This document shows positions 18,533 through 28,346 of a DNA stretch of 64,000 bases, piece after piece. The position numbers were made by a program, and so were the translations under genes. The stretch's first letter is position 1. Every line of letters begins with the position of its first letter. Source of the DNA: Eubacteriales bacterium (GTDB taxonomy: Bacteria > Bacillota > Clostridia > Oscillospirales > CAG-382); NCBI GenBank assembly GCA_045531135.1, contig JAZSDL010000001.1, forward strand, positions 12,720 through 76,719, written 5' to 3'. The notes beneath the pieces are model-generated. The model did no database searches. It was not told where the DNA came from and saw nothing but the letters and a program-made list of their open reading frames with translations.

Positions 18533-19255
18533 ATGAATAATACCAATCAAAACAAAAAATCGACTAACGTCGCCAAGCGTACCTTGCACAAGAATCTCGG
18601 TTTTACCGCGAACGAGCAATATAAGCTCTTAAGAACCAACCTTGAGTTTACCATCCCCGAGGACGTTAAATGCCCGATAATCGGTATCACGAGTGCAAAT
18701 CGCGACGAAGGTAAGAGCACTACCGCTATCAACCTTTCCTACGTCTTGGCGGAGGGCGGAAAGCGTGTGTTGCTTATCGACGGCGATTTGAGAATACCGA
18801 GCATAGCCAAGAAAATGAATATCGAAAGCACTCCGGGACTTACCGATCTGCTTCTGGACAGCGAGTCGGGAGAACAAAACGGTGTGTTAAAGGCAAGGGT
18901 GCTCGATAATTGGTACGTGCTTCCGTCGGGTGTGCTTCCTCCCAATCCCAGCGAGCTTCTCGGCTCGCGCCGAATGGCATCGACGTTAAAGGTGCTTTCC
19001 GAGATGTTTGATTACATCATCATCGACCTGCCTCCCGTAAACGTGGTTTCGGATGCGGTTGCTGTATCTCCGTATATTACGGGTATGGTGGTTGTTGTTC
19101 GTGAGCATTACACCGAAAAAAAGGATTTCGAGCAATGCTTCCGTCAGTTAAAGATGTCAAACGTCAATATACTCGGATGTGTTATGAATCAATCGAACAA
19201 TCGTTGCGGTAAATACAAAAAATACAGCAAGTATTACCGCTACGGTAAGAAATAA
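18533..19255 (+). CDS. CpsD/CapB bacterial tyrosine kinase
   Basis: EQYKLLRTN, EGKSTT Walker A, LIDGDLR, PPNPSELL, IIDLPP, C-terminal Tyr cluster. Confidence 0.92.
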   Translation: MNNTNQNKKSTNVAKRTLHKNLGFTANEQYKLLRTNLEFTIPEDVKCPIIGITSANRDEGKSTTAINLSYVLAEGGKRVLLIDGDLRIPSIAKKMNIESTPGLTDLLLDSESGEQNGVLKARVLDNWYVLPSGVLPPNPSELLGSRRMASTLKVLSEMFDYIIIDLPPVNVVSDAVAVSPYITGMVVVVREHYTEKKDFEQCFRQLKMSNVNILGCVMNQSNNRCGKYKKYSKYYRYGKK

Positions 19256-19330
19256 AAAACAAAAAAACAAAAAGCATTTGCGCAACGCGCACATTTTCGG
19301 CGCGTTTGCGATTTGGAAAGGAAAAGTAAA

Positions 19331-19987
19331 ATGAAAAAGCTGTTTACTGTTTTATTTGCGGTTCTTTTGGCTTCGGTAATGTGCGTTAACGTGCTTGCCG
19401 CACCCAATAATTTTGTTTCCAGTCCCGAGTCGGATAACGATACCGTGCTTGAGGGCTCGGATAATCTCACCGAGGGCTGCGATGCAGTTGTCACTCTTAC
19501 TTCGTTCGCAGACCGCCAAAAGCTCGATGATGAGTCTCGCAAGAATTTGGAGGATGCCCGTGATGCTATCGTCGGATCCGATAATTTGGCAGAGCTTTGC
19601 TCCGGCTTAAAGGATAAGACCGATAAGGATGTTTCGGTAACCGATATCTTTGATATAGACTATGCCGATTGCGATTCTCACGGCGATCACGACGGTTTTA
19701 CACTGCGCATTAAGATCGGCTCGCTTGACGGTTTTGTAGGCGTTATTAATTACAACGGTAACGGCTGGGAGCTTGTTGATGCATCAGTCAACGAAAAAGG
19801 AGAGCTTGTTATCACTACCGACAAGACCGGCGCTTTTGCCGTTGTTGTCGAGTCCGAGCAGGACGATACCTCTTATCCCAACCAGACCGGCGATGATTTC
19901 AAATGGTGGATATATGCGGCAGTAATGGCTGTTTGCGTGGCTGCTTTGATCTTTATCGGAATCAAGCTCAAAAAATCGGAAAAATAA
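19331..19987 (+). CDS. Small acidic cell-wall-anchored protein (sortase-type sorting signal)
   Basis: Signal peptide MKKLF..VLA; PNQTGD + hydrophobic helix + KLKKSEK tail. Confidence 0.7.
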   Translation: MKKLFTVLFAVLLASVMCVNVLAAPNNFVSSPESDNDTVLEGSDNLTEGCDAVVTLTSFADRQKLDDESRKNLEDARDAIVGSDNLAELCSGLKDKTDKDVSVTDIFDIDYADCDSHGDHDGFTLRIKIGSLDGFVGVINYNGNGWELVDASVNEKGELVITTDKTGAFAVVVESEQDDTSYPNQTGDDFKWWIYAAVMAVCVAALIFIGIKLKKSEK

Positions 19988-19988
19988 T

Positions 19989-20984
19989 ATGAACTCAAAT
20001 CGCGGTTCACGAAATCGCCTTAAGGTATACGGCATTGTCTTTGCGATTGTCTTTGTGCTGTCGGCAGTCTTGCTGGTCATTGACCTGTTGGAAAACAAGT
20101 ACGGATATTTTTCGGACGGCGAAGAGGAAATAAGCGCCGTTATCGATCGCAACGGAAAAAGGTATGCGTTTGATCAAGAACTTGAGAGTGTGCTTGTTCT
20201 CGGGCTTGACAGCTTTGATAACGATATCGATGACGATGCATACACAAACAGCAATCAGGCGGATTTCCTTGTTTTGCTTGTCTTGGATAACAATAACAAA
20301 AGCTATTCTGCCATTCATATCAACCGCGACACGATGACCGACGTTAATATACTTGGTCTCGCGGGTGAAAAGACCGGTGTAAAGGAGCAGCAGATCGCTC
20401 TGGCGCATACCTACGGAAACGGCGGAATGAAAAGCTGCCGCAATACCGCAGATGCCGTATCACATCTGCTTTACGGCGTAAAAATAGATCATTTTGCTTC
20501 GCTTACGATGGATGCGGTTGCCGTTATAAACGATTCTGTCGGCGGAGTTGAGGTTACGGTGAACGACGATTTTTCTGGCATCGACGATACTCTTGTCAAG
20601 GGCGAAATGGTTACGCTTATGGGCGAGCACGCGCTTAATTACGTTCGTACTCGTTACGGAATGGACGACAGCACCAATATTAAGCGTATGGAGCGTCAGC
20701 GAGAGTATATGACATCGTTGCTCGGCAAGGCGAGGGATGTCGCCACCGAGGATGCCAATGCCTTTGCCGATGCTGTTATACAGCTCGAGGGCAAGGTCGT
20801 TTCGGATTGCTCTGCGGTATATTTGCAGGACATAATGAAACGGGTTATCGACTATGAATTCAAGGGTATTTACGTCCCCGAGGGGAAAACCGAGGTCGGT
20901 GAAAAATATATGGAATTTTATCCCGATGCAGATTCGCTTGAAAATATCATTTCCGAATTGCTTTGTAAGCAGATAGAGGAATAA
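19989..20984 (+). CDS. LCP-family glycopolymer transferase
   Basis: VLVLGLD, QADFL, INRDT, ALNYVRTRY, DSTNIKRMERQREY. Confidence 0.9.
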   Translation: MNSNRGSRNRLKVYGIVFAIVFVLSAVLLVIDLLENKYGYFSDGEEEISAVIDRNGKRYAFDQELESVLVLGLDSFDNDIDDDAYTNSNQADFLVLLVLDNNNKSYSAIHINRDTMTDVNILGLAGEKTGVKEQQIALAHTYGNGGMKSCRNTADAVSHLLYGVKIDHFASLTMDAVAVINDSVGGVEVTVNDDFSGIDDTLVKGEMVTLMGEHALNYVRTRYGMDDSTNIKRMERQREYMTSLLGKARDVATEDANAFADAVIQLEGKVVSDCSAVYLQDIMKRVIDYEFKGIYVPEGKTEVGEKYMEFYPDADSLENIISELLCKQIEE

Positions 20985-21008
20985 ATAAAAACGGAGGAGA
21001 GGATCGAT

Positions 21009-21629
21009 ATGCAAAAGAACGGCAGAACATACGAAATCATCAAACGCATATTCGATATTTTCACCTCTGTGATCGGCTTGACCGTGTTGTTCGTTCCGCT
21101 TTTGATAGTTGCGCTTGTTATATTTATCGAATGTCCGAGCGTGTCGCCTATATTTGTTCAAAAGCGTGTGGGCAAAAACGGAAAAGAGTTTTGTTTTATG
21201 AAGCTTCGCACCATGGTGCCCGGTGCCGATAAAATGCTCGACCAGCTTCTTTCGGAAAACGAAATGGACGGGCCTGTGTTTAAAATAGAAAACGATCCGA
21301 GGATTACAAGATTCGGGCGTTTTCTTCGCAAGACAGGACTTGACGAGCTTCCTCAGCTGATAAACGTCCTCTGCGGTGATATGAGCTTGGTCGGACCTCG
21401 TCCGCCGCTTCCGCGTGAGGTTTTGCAGTATGATGAAAAGCATAAACAACGTCTTGCCGTTACTCCCGGCATAACCTGTTATTGGCAGATACAACCGAAG
21501 CGCAATACGCTTTCGTTTGAGCAGTGGATCGAGCTGGACCTGAAATATATACAGGAAAGAAGCTTAAAGACGGATATAAAAATACTTTGTAAAACCGTAT
21601 TCGCGGTTATCGGTATGGAGGGAGTATAA
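21009..21629 (+). CDS. Priming sugar (phosphoglycosyl) transferase
   Basis: KRIFDI, KLRTM, DPRITRFGRFLRKTGLDELPQL, GDMSLVGPRP, PGIT. Confidence 0.93.
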   Translation: MQKNGRTYEIIKRIFDIFTSVIGLTVLFVPLLIVALVIFIECPSVSPIFVQKRVGKNGKEFCFMKLRTMVPGADKMLDQLLSENEMDGPVFKIENDPRITRFGRFLRKTGLDELPQLINVLCGDMSLVGPRPPLPREVLQYDEKHKQRLAVTPGITCYWQIQPKRNTLSFEQWIELDLKYIQERSLKTDIKILCKTVFAVIGMEGV

Positions 21630-22798
21630 TGGCTCCGTGCGAAAAAAAACTGCGGATAGCAATGCTTGGGCACAAGCGTATTCCATCGCGCGAGGGCGGT
21701 GTGGAGATAGTTGTTGCCGAGCTCGCTTCGCGCATGGCGAAAAATGGGCACAACGTGGTTTGCTATAACCGCAAAGGACATCATGTCAGCGGCTCGGAAT
21801 TTGATAATGAAAGACTTGATAACTACAACGGCGTAAAATTAAAATCGGTTTTCACGGTCGATAGGCGCGGCTTTTCTGCAATGACAGCGTCCGTTTCTGC
21901 CGCGATTCGTGCCGCGTTCGGAGGATTTGACGTGGTTCATTTTCATGCCGAGGGTAGCTGTGCGATGATATGGTTGCCAAAGCTTTTCGGTAAGAGATGT
22001 ATCGCAACTGTTCACGGATTGGATCACCAACGTGCAAAATGGGGCAAATTTGCTTTGAAATACATTTTGTTCGGTGAAAAATGTGCCGTTAAATACGCCG
22101 ATGAGATAATCGTTCTCAGCAAAAACGTGCAGGAGTATTTCAAAACGGTTTATGATCGTGATACGGTTTATATCCCAAACGGCATAGAACAGGGTGAAAA
22201 CGCGACTGCCGATGAGATATACCGCGAACACGGATTAAAAATGGATTCCTATATTTTATACCTCGGTCGTTTGGTTCCCGAAAAGGGAATACATTATCTT
22301 ATCGAGGCGTTCAAACGGTTGGATACCGATAAAAAATTGGTTATTGCAGGCGGCTCCTCCGATACCAAGGAATACGAAAATGAAATACGTAAGCTTGCCG
22401 GGGATGATAAACGGATAATCTTCACCGGGTTCGTTCAGGGAAATAAGATAAACGAGCTGTACAGCAATTGCTGTTTTTACGTGCTTCCGTCGGATCTCGA
22501 GGGAATGCCTATGAGCTTATTGGAGGCGATGAGCTACGGAAATTGCTGTTTGGTTTCGGATATTCCCGAGTGTACCGAGGTCGTCGGCGATTGCGGTGTT
22601 TCGTTCAAACGCGGCGATATCGGTGATTTAAGAGAAAAGCTTGATTATCTCTGCAGTTCTCCGGAAACGGTAAGCAGGTACGCCGCTCTTTCGGCTGACC
22701 GCGTTTGCAGTCGTTTTAATTGGGATGACATTACGAAAAAGACACTTGACCTGTACGGTCTAAAGGATGGAATTGATGAAGATCCTGTTGGTCAATAA
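21629..22798 (+). CDS. Glycosyltransferase family 4
   Basis: IPSREGGVE, GRLVPEKG, PSDLEGMPMSLLEAMS. Confidence 0.9.
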   Translation: MAPCEKKLRIAMLGHKRIPSREGGVEIVVAELASRMAKNGHNVVCYNRKGHHVSGSEFDNERLDNYNGVKLKSVFTVDRRGFSAMTASVSAAIRAAFGGFDVVHFHAEGSCAMIWLPKLFGKRCIATVHGLDHQRAKWGKFALKYILFGEKCAVKYADEIIVLSKNVQEYFKTVYDRDTVYIPNGIEQGENATADEIYREHGLKMDSYILYLGRLVPEKGIHYLIEAFKRLDTDKKLVIAGGSSDTKEYENEIRKLAGDDKRIIFTGFVQGNKINELYSNCCFYVLPSDLEGMPMSLLEAMSYGNCCLVSDIPECTEVVGDCGVSFKRGDIGDLREKLDYLCSSPETVSRYAALSADRVCSRFNWDDITKKTLDLYGLKDGIDEDPVGQ

Positions 22799-23981
22799 GT
22801 TTTTGTATCCAAAGGGCGGATGCGAAACTTATGTAATAAAATTGGGTGAAATATTAAAGAATAACGGCCACGAGGTATGGTATTTCGGTCTCGGGAATGA
22901 GAAAAATACCGTAGGTAACGGCGTTGACTCTTACGTTTCGGATATGGATTTTTCCAAAGGCGTTAAAAAGAATTTAAAAGCGCCGTTCCGTATAATCTAT
23001 TCGTCGGAGGCGCGTAAAAGGATCCGCAAAGTACTCGAGGCGTTTAACCCCGATGTTGTTCACCTTAATAATATTCAGTTCCATTTAACACCGAGTATCA
23101 TTCTCGAGATAAATAAATACAGACAAGAAAAAAACAGAAAATTAAAAATCATATATACCGCACACGATTATCAGCTTATCTGTCCGAGCCACGGTCTGTT
23201 TGATAATAAGCTTAACGTTTGCGAGAAATGTCTTGGCGGTAATTATCTGCACTGTATAAAGAAAAAGTGCGTTAAAAATTCCGCTATGAAGAGCATGCTT
23301 GCGACAGCGGATGCGTATTTATGGAAGATTTCAAAAGCATATAGTTACGTTGATAAAATTATTTGTCCGTCCGAGTTTTTGAAAAAGAAACTCGATACAC
23401 AGCTTCGCTTTGCATCAAAAACTATCGCGCTCCGTAATTTTACCGATGCCGAGGGTACGTCAACCGAATGTGTAAAAAAAGGATACGTTCTCGAATTCGG
23501 GCATCTTTCAAAGGACAAAGGTACCTTGACATTGCTCGATGCGGCCAAGCGTATGAGCGATACAAGATTTGTTTTCGCCGGTTACGGCAGTGCTGTCGAG
23601 GAAATAAATAAGGTAGATAATGCAGAGTATGTCGGCTTTAAAACCGGCGATGAATTAAAGCATCTTATCGCCGAGGCGGTATGCACCGTCTGCCCGTCCG
23701 AGATGTACGAGAACTGTCCATATTCGGTTATGGAATCGATAAGATTGCTGACACCCGTTATCGGTGCGAATATCGGCGGAATACCCGAATTGATAGACGA
23801 GGGAAGAAACGGTCTGCTTTTTACGGCGGGCGATTCGTACGAGCTCGAGCAAAAGCTGAGATTTTTGGCTTATGATCACGTCAGGGCACAGGAATTCAGC
23901 GATAATTGCCGAAACGCAACGCTTGAAACGCCCAACAGCTATTATGAAAAGCTTATAAAGCTTTATGAGGAAGATAAATGA
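22776..23981 (+). CDS. Glycosyltransferase family 4
   Basis: MKILLVNKF, TAHDYQLICP, PSEMYENCPYSVME, GGIPE. Confidence 0.88.
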   Translation: MKILLVNKFLYPKGGCETYVIKLGEILKNNGHEVWYFGLGNEKNTVGNGVDSYVSDMDFSKGVKKNLKAPFRIIYSSEARKRIRKVLEAFNPDVVHLNNIQFHLTPSIILEINKYRQEKNRKLKIIYTAHDYQLICPSHGLFDNKLNVCEKCLGGNYLHCIKKKCVKNSAMKSMLATADAYLWKISKAYSYVDKIICPSEFLKKKLDTQLRFASKTIALRNFTDAEGTSTECVKKGYVLEFGHLSKDKGTLTLLDAAKRMSDTRFVFAGYGSAVEEINKVDNAEYVGFKTGDELKHLIAEAVCTVCPSEMYENCPYSVMESIRLLTPVIGANIGGIPELIDEGRNGLLFTAGDSYELEQKLRFLAYDHVRAQEFSDNCRNATLETPNSYYEKLIKLYEEDK

Positions 23982-25156
23982 AGATTTATGAAATCGGCAC
24001 GGGATATACCCCGATCCCCGCAAAAATAGGCGCGGCAACAGAACTGATAGTCGAGGAATTGACGCGGTCCTTTATATCAAACGGCGAGGATGCCGAGATC
24101 ATCGATATAAGCTGCTCCGAACGGGAGGAATTTGATCTTCCGTTAAGGGAGGTTAAGGTACCGTCGGTTTTTTCAAAAAAAGACGTCAGCTTGGGTATCG
24201 TTCATAAATTAAAACGCGTAGTCTATTCGATAGCGCTTGCACGAGAATTAAAGCGGATCTTAAAGAACACTTCCGAAAAGGTCGTTCTGCATTTTCATAA
24301 TCAATATAACGCATTCTTTTTCTTTAAGCTGGTTCCCGAAAAATATCGGAAAAAGGCGCTTGTTGCGTATACTAACCATAACGGATATTGGAATCTTTCC
24401 TGGGAAGAGGCATATCCGATCTTAAAAAGCAGATATTTTCAGGAGATCGATGCGGTTAAAAAATCCGATGTCGTGTTTGTTCTTAACGAGCGAACTGCGG
24501 AGTATACCGAAAAGCATTTCGATGTGGACAGAAAACGTATTTTTGTGGTTGCAAACGGCGTTAACTGCGATGAGTATGCTCCGATATCCGAGGAAGAAAA
24601 GATAAAAATACGTGAAAAATACGGTCTTGTCGGCAAAGAGGTTATACTTCAGGTCGGCTCGGTTTACGAGAATAAAGGACAGGGCAAGACAGTCGAGCTG
24701 ATTGCGCCTTATCTCAAAAATAACCAAAACGCTGTTTTCGCATACGTCGGCGGTATTGTTTCCGATGAGTATTTTGAGACCGTTAAAAAAACGGCATCGG
24801 ATCTGGGTGTTGATGAGCAGGTGGTTTATCTCGGTGCCGCTTCGCCCGGTGCCGAAATGAACGGCATATACAACATAGCCGATGCTACGGTTTTTGTATC
24901 TAGGTATGAGGCATTCGGTCTGGTCGCTATCGAATCGCTTGCCGCATCCGTGCCGGTTATCGTATGCTCGGATAACGTGCGCAATTTCGGTGACGGATGC
25001 ACAAATTGCAGACCCGATGAGTTTGTCAACGCAATCGGCAATTTGTATGCCGAGGATAATTTGGCATTAAAGCAACGCTGCCGCGACAATGCTATCGGCA
25101 ATTACGGTTGGCAAAAAATCGCAAAAGATCATTCCGATGTTTTTTACACTTTTTAG
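23978..25156 (+). CDS. Glycosyltransferase family 4
   Basis: NGVN, GSVYENKGQ, SRYEAFGLVAIESLA. Confidence 0.85.
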   Translation: MKIYEIGTGYTPIPAKIGAATELIVEELTRSFISNGEDAEIIDISCSEREEFDLPLREVKVPSVFSKKDVSLGIVHKLKRVVYSIALARELKRILKNTSEKVVLHFHNQYNAFFFFKLVPEKYRKKALVAYTNHNGYWNLSWEEAYPILKSRYFQEIDAVKKSDVVFVLNERTAEYTEKHFDVDRKRIFVVANGVNCDEYAPISEEEKIKIREKYGLVGKEVILQVGSVYENKGQGKTVELIAPYLKNNQNAVFAYVGGIVSDEYFETVKKTASDLGVDEQVVYLGAASPGAEMNGIYNIADATVFVSRYEAFGLVAIESLAASVPVIVCSDNVRNFGDGCTNCRPDEFVNAIGNLYAEDNLALKQRCRDNAIGNYGWQKIAKDHSDVFYTF

Positions 25157-25183
25157 GATATAACCGCAAACGAGGTGTATCAA

Positions 25184-26212
25184 ATGACAAAGCAAAGGGA
25201 AATATGGATAGACCGCGTTAAGATATTTGCGTGTGTGTTTGTTGTAATAGGTCATTTTTCGCAAAGCATGGTTGCCTCGGGCTTTCTGCCCGACAACGCT
25301 GTTTACCAATGGTTTTTCAACGCATTGTACGTTTATAGCTTTCACGTGCCTTTGTTTTTTATTTGCAGCGGTTATCTTTATCAAAAACATTCAAGAGTTA
25401 ATTCTTTTAAGGAGTGGGGAAATAACGTTTTAAGAAAAACGGTTGCTTTGGGAATTCCGTATGCGGTTTTCACCTTTGCCACTTGGTTGCTGAAAAGCGT
25501 GTTCTCGTCGTCGGTCAACTATGAAAACGAAAGCTTGGTAAAAACGCTTTTTGTTGATCCGATCTCGCCTTATTGGTATCTCTATATTTTGTTTTTCTTT
25601 TTTGTTATTTTTGTCACAATCGATACAAAGACAGATGGCTTTGTATTGCTGGCGATAACCTTGTTCCTGAGATTTGTCGGACCAACCGATATATATGTCC
25701 TTTCGCTGATAATGGAATACGGCGTTTGGTTTGTTTTGGGAATGCTTATAGCTTTTTACGATATCCCAAAGTATGTCGCAAAACAAAAAAGATTTGTCTG
25801 CATAGGCGTCGTTTCGGGTGTATTGTATCCGGCACTTAGTGTTGCGGCACATATTTATAACGTTATCGGCTTGATTTCGGGATTTTTTATTGGTATCACG
25901 GCTTGTCTGGCGGTACTGTGTATAGCAATTTATTTTGAAACGCCCGATAAAAAGCCGTTATTAAAACGGGTATCCGGCTATATTATGCCGCTGTTTCTGC
26001 TTCACACGATCTTTGCGGCGGGCTTGCGCGCCGTGCTTATAAAAATCGGTGTAGAGAATCCGGCTGTGCACATAATCTCGGGCTTGGTGATATCCTTCAT
26101 CGGTCCGATAATAACGGCGGAGCTTGCATATAAATTCAAATTTATCGACTTTTTCTTTAATCCTACCAAATATATACTGAAAACGGTGAAAAACAATGGC
26201 ACAAAAGCTTAA
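25184..26212 (+). CDS. Acyltransferase-3 family (polysaccharide O-acyltransferase)
   Basis: WIDRVK..VVIGH, FHVPLFFICSGY, YWYL, many TM helices. Confidence 0.85.
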   Translation: MTKQREIWIDRVKIFACVFVVIGHFSQSMVASGFLPDNAVYQWFFNALYVYSFHVPLFFICSGYLYQKHSRVNSFKEWGNNVLRKTVALGIPYAVFTFATWLLKSVFSSSVNYENESLVKTLFVDPISPYWYLYILFFFFVIFVTIDTKTDGFVLLAITLFLRFVGPTDIYVLSLIMEYGVWFVLGMLIAFYDIPKYVAKQKRFVCIGVVSGVLYPALSVAAHIYNVIGLISGFFIGITACLAVLCIAIYFETPDKKPLLKRVSGYIMPLFLLHTIFAAGLRAVLIKIGVENPAVHIISGLVISFIGPIITAELAYKFKFIDFFFNPTKYILKTVKNNGTKA

Positions 26213-27275
26213 CGGAACTGTAATAGTCACATATCGTTGCAACGCAAAATGTACTATGTGCAACAGATATAAGGTGCCCTCAAGGCCCGAGGACGAGATA
26301 TCGATAGAAACAATAAAAAAGCTCCCGTTGATGTCGTTTACAAACATCACCGGCGGCGAGCCGTTTATACGCGAGGACCTGAAGGACATAGTGCGCGAGC
26401 TTTATAAAAAAAGCGACCGTATAGTTATATCGACCAACGGCTTTTTCACCGATAGGATCGTTGATCTTTGTAGGGAATTCCCCAACATCGGCATACGTAT
26501 CTCTATCGAGGGCTTGGAGCAAACCAATAACGAGATACGCGGTCTGGACGATGGCTATAATCGCGGTTATACTACCTTAAAAACCCTCGTTGATATGGGT
26601 ATGAAGGACGTCGGATTCGGTATGACGGTGCAGGACAAAAATGCGTCCGACCTTGTTCCGCTTTACGAAATATCCAACGAGCTTGATATGGAATTTGCCA
26701 CAGCTTCGCTTCATAACAGCTTTTATTTTGTCGAAACGACAAATATTATACATGACAGATTGATGGTTGCGCGTAATTTCGAGGAGCTTATCAATCGTTT
26801 ACTCGAATCAAACAGTCCGAAAAAGTGGTTCAGAGCGTATTTTAATCACGGTCTTATTAATTACATTTTCGGACAAAAGCGTCTTTTGCCCTGCGATATG
26901 AGCTTTGATACCTTTTTTATCGATCCGTACGGCGACGTTATGCCCTGTAACGGTACAAGGGAGAAAGAGGTTATGGGCAATTTGAACGAGCAAAGCTGGG
27001 ACGAGCTCTGGAACAGCGTTCAAGCGGATGAGGTCAGGAAAAGGGTTCGTTGCTGTGACCGTCAATGCTGGATGATCGGCTCGGTATCTCCCGCAATGCA
27101 CAAATATATTCATAAGCCGCTTTTTTGGGTGCTGAAGCACAAGTTCTTACGGTTTTTCAAAAAGAAAAAGTACTCGATGTTCGAGAATAAAACAGTACGC
27201 GATTATCGTGACGGATTGGTTACAAAAGAGGAACTTGACGCCTGTTCCACCTGCGAATTTAATTGCGGAAAATAA
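26196..27275 (+). CDS. Radical SAM protein with SPASM domain within the polysaccharide locus
   Basis: CNAKCTMC, TGGEPF, STNG, C..(IDPYGDVMPC)..GNL..W...C..C. Confidence 0.88.
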   Translation: MAQKLNGTVIVTYRCNAKCTMCNRYKVPSRPEDEISIETIKKLPLMSFTNITGGEPFIREDLKDIVRELYKKSDRIVISTNGFFTDRIVDLCREFPNIGIRISIEGLEQTNNEIRGLDDGYNRGYTTLKTLVDMGMKDVGFGMTVQDKNASDLVPLYEISNELDMEFATASLHNSFYFVETTNIIHDRLMVARNFEELINRLLESNSPKKWFRAYFNHGLINYIFGQKRLLPCDMSFDTFFIDPYGDVMPCNGTREKEVMGNLNEQSWDELWNSVQADEVRKRVRCCDRQCWMIGSVSPAMHKYIHKPLFWVLKHKFLRFFKKKKYSMFENKTVRDYRDGLVTKEELDACSTCEFNCGK

Positions 27276-27282
27276 GGTTTGT

Positions 27283-28329
27283 ATGAAAAAAGGTCTTGTT
27301 TCGGTCGTTTTGCCGATATATAACGTAGAAAAATATCTAAACGAATGTATACAAAGCATAGTCGATCAAACCTATACCGATCTTGAGATTTTGTTGATAG
27401 ATGACGGTTCGACCGATGCTTCGCCCGCCATCTGCGACGAATGGGCAGAGCGCGATAAGCGTATAAAGGTTTTTCATAAGGAAAACGAGGGGCAGGGTAT
27501 CGCGCGCAACGTCGGTATAGATAATGCCGAGGGCGAGTATATTTGCTTTTTCGACAGTGATGATTATGTATCGGACAGAGCGATTGAGAAGGCATATTCG
27601 CTTGCGCAAAAGGATAACAGCGAGATAGTTGTTTTCGGTATTGCTACGGTCGATAATGAAAAGAATATCATTGCTTCCTTCTTGCCCGTGTTCCCAAAAA
27701 CGTATTATTGCGGGGATGATGTAAGAACCGACTTTTTTCCCGAGTATTTGGCGCCCGATCCTAATAAAGACGGCAAAGGCAAGTTTTTTATGAGCTCCTG
27801 CCCGATGCTTTATTCTGTGGAGCTTGTAAAAAACACCTCTTGGCATTACGTTTCCGAGCGTGTTATTATTTCTGAGGATGTATACTCGCTTATAGAGCTG
27901 TTCAGATATGTCAACAGCGTATCGGTAATATCGGAGGCATTGTATTATTGCCGAACCAACGAAAATTCGTTCAGCCGCGTTTATCGCGCCGACAGATACG
28001 AGAGGATCAGACATTTTTATACAGAATCAAAAAAGCTGTGTGTCGAATCGGGCTATAACGGTTATGTTATTCACAAGCTTTCAAAGCCGTATCTCGGCTA
28101 TACCGTTGCCGCATTAAAGCAGGAATGTATGGTGAAACGGCCTTTGTCGGAAACTATTGACAGTATAAAAAGAATTATCGATGATCCCGTTTTGCAAACG
28201 GTGTTAAAGGAAAATAAAAAGGATAAATGCCCGATTGCCAGAAAAATACTGTTTTCGGCAATTCGTTCAAAGGCATATCGGCTGTGTTACCTGTTGCTTA
28301 ACGGCAGACACTTGATCGGCAAAAGGTAG
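27283..28329 (+). CDS. Glycosyltransferase family 2
   Basis: VSVVLPIYNVEKYL, IDDGSTD, FFDSDD, SED. Confidence 0.9.
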   Translation: MKKGLVSVVLPIYNVEKYLNECIQSIVDQTYTDLEILLIDDGSTDASPAICDEWAERDKRIKVFHKENEGQGIARNVGIDNAEGEYICFFDSDDYVSDRAIEKAYSLAQKDNSEIVVFGIATVDNEKNIIASFLPVFPKTYYCGDDVRTDFFPEYLAPDPNKDGKGKFFMSSCPMLYSVELVKNTSWHYVSERVIISEDVYSLIELFRYVNSVSVISEALYYCRTNENSFSRVYRADRYERIRHFYTESKKLCVESGYNGYVIHKLSKPYLGYTVAALKQECMVKRPLSETIDSIKRIIDDPVLQTVLKENKKDKCPIARKILFSAIRSKAYRLCYLLLNGRHLIGKR

Positions 28330-28346
28330 TTAATTAGGGAGTACAG

